Part shown: positions 15,642 to 31,089 of the stretch, piece by piece
Layout: every line of letters begins with the position of its first letter
Numbering within the stretch: the stretch's first letter is position 1
From: Octopus vulgaris
Taxonomy: Eukaryota
Direction: 5' to 3'
Assembly: GCA_951406725.2 (NCBI GenBank)
Contig: OX597841.1
Location: 16,120,001-16,184,000, forward strand
DNA: 64,000 nt
The notes under the pieces: generated by a model
Told to the model about the DNA's origin: nothing
Seen by the model: the letters and a program-made list of their open reading frames with translations, nothing else
Databases searched by the model: none
Translations under genes and position numbers: made by a program

Positions 15642-15746
15642 GTATATATGCATGTATGTATGTATGTATGTATGTATATACATATATATATATATGTATC
15701 TGTATTTGTATGCATGAATGCGTGTATGTATATATATATATATACG

Positions 15747-15781
<35 letters not shown>

Positions 15782-15874
15782 GTGTATACGTGCAGATTAG
15801 TATGTTTAATTATATTTCAGTCTAGTTGCTGTTGTGGCTGTGGTTATGGGTAGTGGTGTTTGTGTAAGGGACGA

Positions 15875-15943
15875 TGATGGTAGCAGTAGTAGTTGTAGTA
15901 GTTGTTGTTGTTGTTATGGTGGTGGTGGTAGTAGTAGTAGAAT

Positions 15944-16010
<67 letters not shown>

Positions 16011-16772
16011 TATGGTGATGGTGGTGGTGATGGTAGCGGCGGCGGCGGTGATGATCGTAGTAGTAGTAGTAGTTGTTGTTGTTGTTGTTGTTATGGTGGT
16101 GGTAGTGGTAGTAGTAGTAGTAGTTGTAATAATTCTTCTTATGGTGGTTATAATGATGATTTTGCTGTTGTTAGTATTGTTGTCTTTTAGTGGTTCTGGT
16201 GGTGGCGCTGGTGGTGGTAGTGGTAGTGGTGGTGGTGGTGGTGGTGGTGGTGGCGGTGGTGGTGGTGGTGGTGGTGGAGATGGTGGTGGTGGTGGTGGTG
16301 GTGGTGGTGGTGGCGGTGGTGGTGGTGGTGGTGGTGGTGGTGATGGTGGTGGTGGTGGTGGTGGTGGTGGTGGTGGTGGAGATGGTGGTGGTGGAGATGG
16401 TGGTGGTGGTGGTGGTGGTGGTGGTGGTGGTGGTGGTGGTGGTGGTATGGTGGTGGTGGTGGTGGTGGTGGTGGTGGTGGAGATGGTATGGTGGTGGTGG
16501 TGGTGGTGGAGATGGTGGTGGTGGTGGTGGTGGTGGTGGTGGTGGTGGTGGTGGTGGGGGTGGTGGTGGAGATGGTATGGTGGTCGTGGTTGTGGTGGTC
16601 GTGGTCGTTGTCGTGGTCGTGGTGTTGGTGGTGATGGTGGTGGTGGTTGTGATGGGATTCAGTTTTAATTCGTGTTTAATATCGTTATTGTCGGCGGTGT
16701 CAGGCGGTAATGTGATTGGCGGTGTGGTGTAAGGCCAGTGAAGGGGAAGTGCTGCTTCGCCTTGTCTTTTAC

Positions 16773-16830
<58 letters not shown>

Positions 16831-17352
16831 GTTATTCTTTAATTTCATTTTGGAGTTGTGCAGGTTATTGAGAACAGACTGTCTGGGAGAGAATAGAGAT
16901 AGAAAGTGGCGAGGGTAGAAGTGCAGGTGGCGACGGCGTTGGGGGAGTAGGAGGAGGCGGAGGAGGAGGAGAAGAAGAAGAAGAAGAAGAAGAAGAAGAA
17001 GAAGAAGAAGAAGAGAGAGAAGACGAAGAAAAATGTGAAGAAGAAGAAGGAGAAGAAGGAGAAGAAGAAGAAGAAGAAGAGGAAGAAGAAAAAGAAGAAA
17101 GGAAGAAGAAGAAGAAGAAGAAGAAGAAGAAGAAGAAGAAGAAGAAGAAGAAGAAGAAGAAGAAGAAGAAGAAGAAGAAGAAGAAGAAAAGGAAGAAGAA
17201 GAAGAAGAAGAAGAAGAAGAAGGAGAAGAAGAAGAACAAGAAGAAGAACAAGAAGAACAAGAACAAGAAGAAGAAGAAGAAGAAGAAGAAGAAGAAGAAG
17301 AAGAAGAAGAAGAAGAAGAAGAAGAAGAAGAAGAAGAAGAAGAAGAAGAAGA
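15875..17352. repeat. Consecutive (GTA)n, (GGT)n, (ATT)n and (GAA)n microsatellites
   Basis: Direct reading. Confidence 0.93.
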
Positions 17353-17955
17353 AACGAAAGAAATAGGAATCGAAAAATGTGATACTGATGGCGATGATTA
17401 TGATGTCCGGTTCCTTCGTTTCCATGACATTTAGATGACTGATTTCCTGATACTCCATCTGAGCAGAACGCCAGTCCATTGCTGGGGTAACCCAATTACA
17501 GCTGGAGCAACATGAAAATAGAGAATTTTCCTCAAGAATACAACGCACCACCTGGTCCGGTCCGGTCCGGTGCGGCCCGGTGCGGCCCGGTGCGGTCCGG
17601 TTCGATCCCGGGAATCGAAACCGCAACCTTGCGATTACGACACTCCCAATTGAACGAAACGCTAGTCCGCTTCAGGGTTTAACTTCCCAATTAATGTTGG
17701 AACTCCTTCACAGCTGAGTGGACTGAGGCAGCGTTTGGCCCAAAAGTACGACACACCGCCCAGACCAGGAATGGAACTGACGGTCTTACGGTCGTGAGCG
17801 CTGTGCCCTAACTGCTGGGCCACGCGTCTTCACGTCTTCTACAGCAACGATCAAATCTAAAACTTGTGAATAAAACTGTGTGGTGGGGTATAGATACTGA
17901 AGTAGTTCTATCCTGCGTCTAATGGACCGGTTATTCATGTTTCCATGGATAACCG

Positions 17956-18690
17956 GTCCTAAAAGCGACCTAGATCTCAGTTTCCACATCCTAGAAGCGA
18001 CCTAGGTCCCAGTTTCCATTTACTAAAAGCGACCTATGTCTCAGTTTCCATGTCCTAAAAGCGACCTAGATCTCAGTTTCCATGTCTAGAAGCGACCTAG
18101 ATCTCAGCTTCCATGTCCTAGAAGCGACCGAGATCTCAGATTCTATGTCCTAGAAGCGACCTAAATCTCAGTTTCTATGTCCTAGAAGCGACCTAGATCT
18201 CAGCTTCCATGTCCTAAAAGCGACCTAGATCTCAGTTTCTATGTCCTAGAAGCGACCTAGATCTCAGTTTCTATGTCCTAGAAGCGACCTAGATCTCAGC
18301 TTCCATGTCCTAAAAGCGACCCAAATCTCAGTTTCTATGTCCTAGAAGCGACCTAGATCTCAGCTTCCATGTCCTAAAAGCGACCTAGATCTCAGTTTCT
18401 ATGTCCTAGAAGCGACCTAGATCTCAGCTTCCATGTCCTAAAAGCGACCGAGATCTCAGTTTCTATGTCCTAGAAGCGACCTAGATCTCAGCTTCCATGT
18501 CCTAAAAGCGACCTAGATCTCAGTTTCTATGTCCTAAAAGCGACCTAGATCTCAGTTTCTATGTCCTAGAAGCGACCTAGATCTCAGCTTCCATGTCCTA
18601 AAAGCGACCGAGATCTCAGTTTCTATGCCCTAGAAGCGACCTAGATCTCAGTTTCTATGTCCTAGAAGCGACCTAAATCTCAGTTTCCAT
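17956..18690. repeat. 32-bp minisatellite x~23 (CCTARAAGCGACCTAGATCTCAGYTTCYATGT)
   Basis: Period 32 (e.g. 18181 to 18213). Confidence 0.95.
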
Positions 18691-18776
18691 AATAGAAGAC
18701 ACTTGCCCAAGGTGCCACGCAGTGAGACTGAACCCGGAATCATGTGGCTGGTAAGCAAACTAGTTACCATACAGCC

Positions 18777-18830
<54 letters not shown>

Positions 18831-19059
18831 GTTCGTATATGAGCATACACATAAATACATATATTTATGTGTGTGTGTATACATATACACACTCGAAATG
18901 GGGAGTAGACAGCCGACAACTGATGAAGGGTCGTTCTTTATGTTACTAGTCCTGTTTTCCATTTGTTTCTCTCGTTGTTTGCACATTGAACTCATTTGTT
19001 TTCGTATTTCATGTTGTTTACTATTGGTGACGTCCCGTACCCCTATATGCATATATATA

Positions 19060-19455
19060 TGTGGTAAGTAGCTTGCTTACCAACCACACGGTTCCGGGTT
19101 CAGTCCCACTGCGTGGCATCTTGGGCAAGTGTCTTCTGCTATAGCCCCGGGCCGACCAAAGCCTTGTGAGTGGATTTGGTAGACGGAAACTGAAAGAAGC
19201 CTGTCGTATATATGTGTATATATGTATGTATGCGTGTATATATGTTTGTGTGTCTGTGTTTGTCCCCCTAGCATTGCTTGACAACCGACGCTGGTGTGTT
19301 TACGTCCCCGTCATATAGCGGTTCGACAAAAGAGACACCGATAGAATAAGTACTGGGCTTACAAAAGAATAAGTCGAGTTGCTCGATGAAAGGCGGTGCT
19401 CCAGCATGGCCGCAGTCAAATGACTGAAACAAGTAAAAGAGTAAAGAGTAAAAGA

Positions 19456-19456
<1 letters not shown>
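19060..19456 (+). mobile_element. SINE family A
   Basis: Head-to-tail match, ending in (GTAAAAGA)n. Confidence 0.8.
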
Positions 19457-19514
<58 letters not shown>

Positions 19515-19672
19515 TATATATTATTTATATTATATATGTATATATATATAAGCCTCTATATGTCTATGTGTATGTGTGTGTATAAATACATGTATGTAAA
19601 CATGTTTGCATACATAAGCATCTGTGTATGTACGCACACAAATGTTTATAACACCGTCTGTATGTGTGTGTG

Positions 19673-19736
<64 letters not shown>

Positions 19737-20071
19737 GGTGTGTGTAAACATATCTCCCTATTGCCAAATCGAGCGTATCGAATAGCCCCAATACCGGTTT
19801 ATTCCAGTTTAAATACCGTCTTGGCTCAATCTTTAACGCCGGTCAGGGGTGAGTGGTTGTGTCAGTCGGTGGTGTTGGTCGTGGTGGGAGTCTGGGTTGT
19901 AGAAGCGGGTGTTGGTGACGGTGGTTGAAGTCGTGGCGTTGGTGGTGGTGGTGGTGGTGTCGGCGTTCACGGTGACGATGGCAGTGACTGTGAAGGTGGC
20001 GGTGGTGACGGCGATCGCGGTGAGGGTAGTGGTGGTGATGGTGTAGATGGGGAAAGAACTGGAAACCAACG

Positions 20072-20229
20072 TTGATGACGACGACGATGGTCATGATGAT
20101 GATGATGATGATGATGGTGGTGGTGATGATGATGGTGGTGGTGATGATGATGGTGGTGATGATGATGGTGGTGGTGATGTTGATGGTGGTGATGATGATG
20201 CAGATGGTGATGATGATGATGATGATGCA

Positions 20230-20267
<38 letters not shown>

Positions 20268-20274
20268 CGACGAC

Positions 20275-20322
<48 letters not shown>

Positions 20323-20400
20323 GATGATGATGATGACGATTATGATTATGTTGGTGATGATGATGATGATGATGACGATTATGATTATGATGATGATGAC

Positions 20401-20443
<43 letters not shown>

Positions 20444-20508
20444 ATGATGATGATGACGATGATGATGATTATGATGATGATGATGATGATGATTATGATG
20501 ATGATGAC

Positions 20509-20550
<42 letters not shown>

Positions 20551-20630
20551 AATGATGATGAATATGACGATGATGATGATTATGATAATGACGATGATGA
20601 TGATGAGGAAGGTGATGATGATGATGACGA
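20072..20630. repeat. (GAT)n microsatellite
   Basis: Direct reading. Confidence 0.95.
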
Positions 20631-20674
20631 TTGCATTCTTTCTCTACTACCATAAGAAAAGAAGTATATACATA

Positions 20675-20860
20675 TATTTTCTCTCTCTCTATTTTCTCTC
20701 TTTATTGTCTCTCGTTTCTTTCTGTGTTCCTTTCTGTTGAAGAGCGTCGGCTCGAAAAGTTAATGACTTTTTCACTTCCCCAGCGTTAAACTGACACATC
20801 TGTTTATTGTCTACACCAAATGTCTTGGTCTTTTGTATTTTTTTTTTGCGAATTCTCCCC
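20675..20860 (+). mobile_element. Minimal-HHR element, decayed (motif 20730-20765)
   Basis: CTTTCTGTTGAAGAGCGTCGGCTCGAAAAGTT with flanks homologous to the 7455 copies. Confidence 0.5.
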
Positions 20861-20863
20861 CCT

Positions 20864-20894
<31 letters not shown>

Positions 20895-20909
20895 TAAGCA
20901 CGCTTATAT

Positions 20910-21875
20910 GTGAGCTGGTAGAATCGTTAGCACGCTGGGCAAATGCTTAGCGGTATTTTGTCTGCCGTTACGTTGTGAGTTCAAATTCCGCCGAGGTCGA
21001 CTTTGCCTTTCATCCTTTCGGGTTCGATTAAATAAGTACCAGTTACGCACTGGGGTCGATATAATCGACTTAATACCTATGCCTGTCCTTGTTTGTCCCC
21101 TCTATGTTTAGCCCCTTGTGGGTAGTAAAGAAATAGGTACTTCGTCTGCCGCTACGTTCTGAGTTCAAATTCCGCCGAGGTCGACTTTGCCTTTCATCCT
21201 TTCGGGTTCGATTAAATAAGTACCAGTTACGCACTGGGGTCGATATAATCGACTTAATACCTATGCCTGTCCTTGTTTGTCCCCTCTATGTTTAGCCCCT
21301 TGTGGGTAGTAAAGAAATAGGTACTTCGTCTGCCGCTACGTTCTGAGTTCAAATTCCGCCTAGGTTGACTTTGCCTTTCATCCTTTCGGGTTCGATTAAA
21401 TAAGTACCAGTTACGCACTGGGGTCGATATAATCGACTTAATACCTATGCCTGTCCTTGTTTGTCCCCTCTATGTTTAGCCATTTGTGGGTAATAAAGAA
21501 ATAAGTATTTCGTCTGTCTTTATGTTCTGAATTCAAATTCCGCCGAGGTCGACTTTGCCTTTCATCCTTTCGGGTTCGATTAAATAAGTACCAGTTACGC
21601 ACTGGGGTCGATATAATCGACTTAATACCTATGCCTGTCCTTGTTTGTCCCCTCTATGTTTAGCCATTTGTGGGTAATAAAGAAATAAGTATTTCGTCTG
21701 TCTTTATGTTCTGAATTCAAATTCCGCCGAGGTCGACTTTGCCTTTCATCCTTTCGAGGTCGATAAATTAAGTACCATTTACGCACTGGGATCGATATAA
21801 TCGACTTAGTCCTTTTGTCTGTCCTTGTTTGTCCTCTCTGTGTTTAGCCCTTTGTGGATAGTAAAGAAATAGGTA
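20910..21875 (+). mobile_element. SINE family B concatemer: one head plus 5 x 184-bp units
   Basis: Unit starts at 20957, 21141, 21325, 21509 and 21693. Confidence 0.85.
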
Positions 21876-22137
21876 TGATCCAGCCATCCTAGAGTTGGGC
21901 GTTTGTATCCTCCAAGTGGTCTATGGTAGGTATAAAAAAAATGGACTGTACAATCAGGAACGATGACAATTTATCGGCGGGGAAGGTAACAATTTTTTTC
22001 CTTATCGAAGTTACGCAGAAATTCGATAAGCTTAAAGTTTCTGTATAGCTTATGGTTACCAACTGGAGTTGCTATGAAAGCGAATAATAGCAATGTGCCT
22101 TGGATTTCACCCGGTCTAATCCTTCAGTTTCGATATA

Positions 22138-22228
<91 letters not shown>

Positions 22229-22462
22229 ATGTATATATATATACATATGTGCGTGTATCTATGTATGTGTGTATGAATATAGGTATATATGTATGTATAT
22301 ATGTAATTATATATGTACATATATATATATAAAGATAACTATATATAAAGATGTTTATCTGTCTATATATATATACATATATACACTCATATATATATTT
22401 ATATACGTATAAAAAAATATATGTATATATATATACGTATGTAATTTATGTGTGTATATAAG

Positions 22463-22493
<31 letters not shown>

Positions 22494-22645
22494 GCACATA
22501 TCTATATATATATGTGCGTATATATATATGTGTGTGTGTATATATTGTATGCGCGCGCAAGCAACGATGTCTGTCTATATATATATATATATATGCGTAT
22601 ACATGTATATATATGTATGTATATTTGTACATATATATACATGTT

Positions 22646-22687
<42 letters not shown>

Positions 22688-22962
22688 GGGGGTGGGAGTT
22701 GAACCGCTAATCATGTTGAACTATTAATCCCCCACCAAAATCTTTTTCTCTTCCCCCCTGTTTCGTCCTCTCTTCATTTTTACCCCCCTCTCAACACATT
22801 CTATCGAAGAGAGTTATTGCATCATACGAGGGGACAAAAAAAACGAAACTTTTTCATGGTTTGAATAAATATAAATTACACATTTAATACATTCCAATGG
22901 ACGAACACCACCACCCTCCGCACCACCGCCGCCACCACGGTGGATTCTATTTTATATGTATA

Positions 22963-23868
22963 CTAGCAGTATCGCCCGGCGTTGCTCGGGTTTGTAAGGG
23001 AAATAACTATATAAGCATTTTTAGAGAGTTATAGCCAAAAATTAGCAAAAAAAATGCATTAAAAATGGAAAAAAAATTATGGTAATTTTATTTTTAAATT
23101 CGTTGACTCATCGTAGACATTTTTAGAGAGTTACTTCCCTTATATAATAGCGGAAAAAATGCATTAAAATGGAAAAAAAATTATGGTAAATTTTTTTTAA
23201 AATCGTTGACTCATCGTAGACATTTTTAGAGAGTTACTTCCCTTATATAATAGCGGAAAAAATGCATTAAAATGGAAAAAAAATTATGGTAAATTTTTTT
23301 TAAAATCGTTGACTCATCGTAGACATTTTTAGAGAGTTACTTCAGTTATATAATAGCGAAAAAAATTGCATTAAAATGGAAAAAAATGATAGTAAATTTT
23401 TTTTTTAAATCGTTGACTCATCGTAGACATTTTTAGAGAGTTACTTCCCTTATATAATAGCGGAAAAAATGCATTAAAATGGAAAAAAAATGATGGTAAA
23501 TTTAATTTTTAAATCGTTGACACATCGTAGACATTTTTAGAGAGTTACTTCCCTTATATGATAGCGAAAAAATGCATTAAAATGGAAAAAAAATTATGGT
23601 AATTTTTTTTTAAATCGTTGACTCATCGTAGACATATTTAGAGAGTTACTTCTCTTATATAATAGCGAAAAAAATTGCATTAAAATGGAAAAAAGTGATG
23701 GTAAATCGTTGACTCATCGTAGAAGCGCGCTAATACCCAGAAGGGCTCGATATGAATCACGACTATAAGATACCCGGTTTTGGTTATACTGCACCGCAAA
23801 ATGTGGGAGTAGTTAGGAATTTAAATCGTAGGAGACAGACACTCACACAACTTCACTTTTATATATAA

Positions 23869-23871
<3 letters not shown>
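22963..23871 (-). mobile_element. Non-autonomous Helitron with ~7 internal ~103-bp tandem repeats
   Basis: On the minus strand it starts TC and ends CCCGAGCAACGCCGGG hairpin + CTAG, inserted between A and T. Repeat starts at 23016, 23118, 23221, 23324, 23428, 23532 and 23633. Confidence 0.8.
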
Positions 23872-23913
<42 letters not shown>

Positions 23914-24148
23914 AATATATATATATGTATATATATGGAAAAAAAAGACAATATAGAAAATGCTAAAATAATTTTATAAAAAACAGTTCAGCCATTGAGA
24001 CTTTTTCAAATGTAACAATTCAAAAACCGCTAGAGTACGACGACGTAAACACACCAACATCGGTTGTCAAGCGATGGATCGAGGGGGCGGGAGTTACAGA
24101 CACAAAGATACATACATATATATACCTATATACATATACATACATAGA

Positions 24149-24267
<119 letters not shown>

Positions 24268-25299
24268 GTATGTATATATTCCTTTATTCTTTCCTTTTAC
24301 ATTTTTCAGTCATTTGACTGTGGCCATGATGGAGCACTGCCTTTAGTTGAGCAAATCGACCCCAGGACTTATAGGCCTAGTACTTTTTCTATCGGTTCTT
24401 TTGCCGAACCGCTAAGTGACGGTGGTGATGGCACTGGGTGGTGGTGATGGTTGTGGTGAGGGTAGTGATGGCGATGGTAGTGACAGCGGTGATTGTGGCG
24501 ATGGTGGTGGTAGTGGTGTTTTTGGTGACAATGGTGGTGGTTGTGCAAGTGATAGTAGAAGTAGTTGTGGTGGTAATGGTAGTAAAAGTGGTGGTGGTGG
24601 TGGTGGTGGTGGTGATGGTGGTGATGATGGTGGTAGTGATGGTGGTGGTGTTAAGTATTGTCGTAACAGCTATAAGGGAGCTACGATAATAGTGGTGGCG
24701 GAGCAATAAGGGAGAGGGTCCACCGTCGCTGCTGCGCATGATGATAGTGGTGGCGGTGGTGGTGGTTGTGGAGACGGCGACGGCGGTGATGTGATGGTGG
24801 CGATGGTGGCGGCGGTGAGTGCGGTGGTGTTGTCCATTGGCTGTCCAAACGGTGGCTAGTTTTTCAATGGCCATTCATATTTCGGGGTCGCCTTTTAAAA
24901 TTAATGCTCGACGCCTCCCCTCAACGTCACCGCTACCACCGACCCCCGGCCCCCACCACCATCACTTCCATCTCCTTCCCCACGCTCCACGTCAAGTTCT
25001 ATTTGGCTCTGGGTCAAATCAGATTAGGCCGACACGCTTCAATGACCAACGAATTTATCGACACAGCTTTCTTTCTCCCTCTTTCTCCCTCTTTCTCTCT
25101 CTGTCTCTAACCGTCTTATTCATTCATTTCCGTCCGTCCGTCTGTCCGTCTGTCTGTCAGTCTGCTCAACTATTTGCCTGTCTGTCTGTCTGTCTGCGTG
25201 CCTCTTTGACGCTCACTTTCTTTTCTTCCATCTCTTTATCTCCCAGTATCTCTCTCTCTCTCTGTTTTATATACAGACATATCTATATATATATATGCC

Positions 25300-25885
<586 letters not shown>

Positions 25886-26213
25886 GTTATTCATCCATCC
25901 GTCTTACCGGCCATTCTGACAGATGCTTGTTACGCTCCACCGGATTCTCTATGGCTTAAGACGTCCCTAGGACAGTTTTAGAGGATATTTAAAGCCAAGA
26001 AGTTTAGTAGAGGAGACGGGAAAGGCTGGACAGAATGCGGAATATAGAGACGGAAGAAGTGACAGAGGGGGTGGAACAGAAAGCGAACTGGAGGTTCTTC
26101 GATGACTGGCAGACACGTGATTAAAAAGAGAAGACAACCGTTTACTTTAGCAGTTCTGAACTAAAGTCCAAAGCGGTTTTTTTTTTCTTTTGTTAAAATT
26201 TATCCTCAATAAA

Positions 26214-26609
26214 TCTTTGTATATAAAAGTGAAGTTGTGTGTCTGTCTCCTACGATTTAGATTCCTAACTACTCCCACATTTTGCGGTGCAGTTTAACCA
26301 AAACCGGGTATCTTATAGTCGTGATTCATATCGAGCCCTTCTGGGTATTAGCGCGCGTCTACGATGAGTCTACGATTTTAAAAATAATTTAACATCATTT
26401 TTTTCCATTTTAATGCATTTTTTCGCTATTATATAAGGAAAGTAACTCTCTAAAAATGTCTACGGTGAGTCAACGATTTAAAAAAAAATTTAACATCATT
26501 TATTTTCCATTTTTAATGCATTTTTTTGCTATTTTTTGGCTATAACTCTAAAAATGCTTATATAGTTATTTCCCTTACAAACCCGAGCAACGCCGGGCGA
26601 TACTGCTAG
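26214..26609 (+). mobile_element. Non-autonomous Helitron (same family as 22963, ~2 internal repeats)
   Basis: A|TCTTTGTATATAAAAGTGAAG...CCCGAGCAACGCCGGGCGATACTGCTAG|T. Confidence 0.85.
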
Positions 26610-27265
26610 TTACTTTATATTCCTTTCTACAATGCAAAAAATATTTTAACAATTTTTTTTTAAATGCTTTACAAGGCGCAGGCGTGGCTGTATGGTTAGT
26701 AAATTGCTTAAGAACCACATGGCTCCGGGTTCAATCCCACAGCGTGGAACTTTGGGCAAGTGTCTTCTACTAAAGCCACGGGCCGACCAAAGCCTTGTGA
26801 GTGAATGTGGTAGACGGAAACTGATAGAAGCCCGTCGTTATTTAACTGCGGCCATGCTGGGGCACCGCCTCTAGTCGAACAAATCCACGCTAATTCTTGT
26901 AAGTCTAGTACTTATTCTATCGGTGACTTTTGCCGAGCCGCTAAGGTATGGGACGTAAACACATAAACATCGGTTGTCAAGCGATCGTAGGGGGACAAAC
27001 ACCGACACAAATTCATATACATACATGCATACATACATATGTATAAATATATATCTATATATGTGTGTGTGCATACAACATACATATATATATACATGTA
27101 TATATATCCATCATATATATATATGTATATACCTTGTATATATATATAATTATTATATATACATATATATTGTATATATATATGTACATGTATATATATA
27201 TATGTACATTATATATATATATATATTATACATATATATATATATACATATATACATATATATAT

Positions 27266-27347
<82 letters not shown>

Positions 27348-28028
27348 ACACATATATATATATACACACACACGTACACGACAGGCTTCGTATAGTTTCC
27401 GTCCCTGGAATTAACTCACATGGTATTGGCCAGTCTGGAACTTCAAGAGAAGCCAATTGCCCAAGGTTCCACGCAATCAGATCGAACGCGAAACCACACA
27501 ACTGCGAAGTCGTCTCCTTAACCACATCGCCACGGGCTGCGCCGAGGGAATTCAAACACCTAGAGGCTGGTCAGGTGGTGGTTTCAATAGGGGTAGAATA
27601 ATTGATACGGGTGACTGGGTAGGGATCGGGTAGGTAGGTGAGACGAAGGTCAAAGGCGTCTGGCGTGTCAGCGTGTCAAGGCAAAGGATACGGGTGGTGT
27701 TGCGGGTAGGTGATGATACCCGGTTTAATGATTGTGGACAGTTGAGAATGACAAATAAATCCGGATCCCTTTCATCTCTCTTTTCAGGGTCTTTGCGGAA
27801 TGTGAGGGGTTAAGAATGAACCCTATAATTGCGGTTCTTGTTTTTGTTATTGTTGTTGTCGTTGCTGTTGTTGTTGTTGTAACTGTGCTCGGTGATGTTG
27901 TTGTTCTTGTTATTCTTGTTGTTGCTGCTGCTGTTATTATTGTTGTTGTTGTTGTTGTTATTGTTGTTGTTAATGTTGCACGAGGTAATTTTGTTACATA
28001 CATACATACACACATACATACATATATA

Positions 28029-28436
28029 CAGGAGTGGCTGTGTGGTAAGTAGCTTGCTAACCAACCACATGGTTCCGGGTTCAGTCCCACTGCGTGGCAT
28101 CTTGGGCAAGTGTCTTCTGCTATAGCCCCGGGCCTACCAATGCCTTGTGAGTGGATTTGGTAGACGGAAACTGAAAGAAGCCCGTCGTATATATGTATAT
28201 ATATATATAAGCATGTATGTATGTGTGTATGTGTTTGTGTGTGTTTGTCCCCCTAGCATTGCTTGACAACCGATGCTGGTGTGTTTACGTCTCCGTCACT
28301 TAGCGGTTCGGCAAAAGAGACCAAAAGAGCACTGGGCTTACAAAGAATAAGTCCCGGGGTCGATTTGCTCGACTAAAGGCGGTGCTCCAGCATGGCCGCA
28401 GTCAAAATGACTGAAACAAGTAAAAGAGTAAAAGAG
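28029..28436 (+). mobile_element. SINE family A
   Basis: A/B boxes, CTTGGGCAAGTG, tail repeat. Confidence 0.85.
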
Positions 28437-28733
28437 AGAAAAAAGAGTATATCTAATGTAGGATAAAATTTTTTCGAAAAAATATTCTATCAATGGCCAG
28501 CATATTAAAAAATACCTTTAAAGGTTAAATTATAAACAACTTGCCCTTATTTATAAGTTGTTTATATATAGAGATATATATATACGACGGGCTTCTTTCA
28601 GTTTCCGTCTACCAAATCCACTCACAAGGCTTTGGTCAGCCCGAGGTTATAGAAGAAGACACTTGCCCAAGATGCCACGCAGTGGGACTGAACCCGGAAC
28701 CATGTGGTTCGCAAGCAAGCTACTTACCACAGT

Positions 28734-28788
<55 letters not shown>

Positions 28789-28821
28789 GCATACATACAT
28801 ACATACATACACACACATATC

Positions 28822-28873
<52 letters not shown>

Positions 28874-28890
28874 ATGAAACACATGTATGT

Positions 28891-28945
<55 letters not shown>

Positions 28946-30140
28946 TATATGTATGTATGTATATATGTATGTATGTATATATGTATGTATGTATTTAATT
29001 TTAGTCTAGACGTTTTCAAAAGATGAAAGTTGTACATAATTTTCATACGCTATTTTGTCAAAAACCACCCAGAAAACTATTTTACTATGTACTAATAAAA
29101 TTTCTAGACGTCTGTATTGACAATTTTTACCTCGTATAACTATCGTAAAATCTGTTGCTATTTGAGTTGACAAACTGTGTTTGGTTGTTTAATATCTGGG
29201 GTGCGCGGCGTGGAAATGTGTATCATAGTTCTTTGTGCTTGTATCATTATTTAGAGGTGACTATAGTTAGATATTTGTCTGTGTGGTGAAAGAAAACGCT
29301 CGGTATCCAGCGATGTGGGTTCAAGTTCAGTCCCGCTATGCGTGGCACCTTTGGTCGGTCCCTTCGGACTATTGCAGCGAAGTGGTCAATGCCCTGCCAG
29401 TGATTTTACAGTAGCGGCACGGTAGAGTGATGGTTTGTTGCCAACTTGATGTGACAGTCCCAGGAAAGGGAAAAATGCTACTGTTATTTAACCCCAGGAA
29501 ACACCGTTTCAAGTTGGCCAAGTGACACAAGCGTTCTGTGTCCTTAAGTTTTCAAACTGGAGAGATAAGCACCTCCACCTAGCAAATATATATATGTATA
29601 CAGTACGTGTGTTCTCAGCCAAAACGGAGAGGTGTACCAACATTCCCAAGTGGCTTATTGAATAACTGTAGATTCCTTCGTACATGAAACCACTGGTTGC
29701 CTTGTTAAGCCACAAAACAGAATATTTTTCCATTAAAATGAGATTTTGAGCACTTGTCACTATTTCATACATAAACACACACATTTATATGTATCACGTA
29801 AACGATTGGGTATTTGGAATCCAGGCAAGTACCTTATTAGCATTCTAATGTAATCCAGATCTGCCCAACCACACTGAATAATATGGAACATACATTGCCT
29901 ACCGCCAATACTTCATAGTGGTCCTATCCCCCGTTGTGATTTGGAGGATGTCATCAGTTGCCCATCCCCATCACATAAGCCATCTGTCATCATTCAAAGC
30001 GAGGTTGTGTTTTGACTGTCGAAGCATGAAGTAGGTTGGGAAATGTCAGCTACCGGAAGTTGACATCTGTTTCGCATTCGTGGACCCAACAACATAACAG
30101 CAACGACACAGACAACAACAACGTTAACAACAATAGCAGC

Positions 30141-30236
<96 letters not shown>

Positions 30237-30344
30237 AGTAATAATGATAACGATAACGATCATAAGAATACTTCTATTGTTACCACACGGAGCGGGGGGG
30301 GTGAAGATATGTGGGTGTGGTGGGGAGGAATGGCATTGCAAAGA

Positions 30345-30970
<626 letters not shown>

Positions 30971-31089
30971 ACTGCGCGGTACCTTCGACAGGTGTCTTCT
31001 ACTAAAGTACCAGACAAACCCAAGCTTTGTGAGTGGATTTAGGAGAGAGAAAAGTGAAAGAAGGCTGTCGTGTTCTCGTGTTCAAAAAG

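Noticed and set aside
17956-18690. CRISPR-like appearance of a 32-bp repeat
   Set aside because: Units are contiguous with no unique spacers, there are no cas genes, and the context is eukaryotic.
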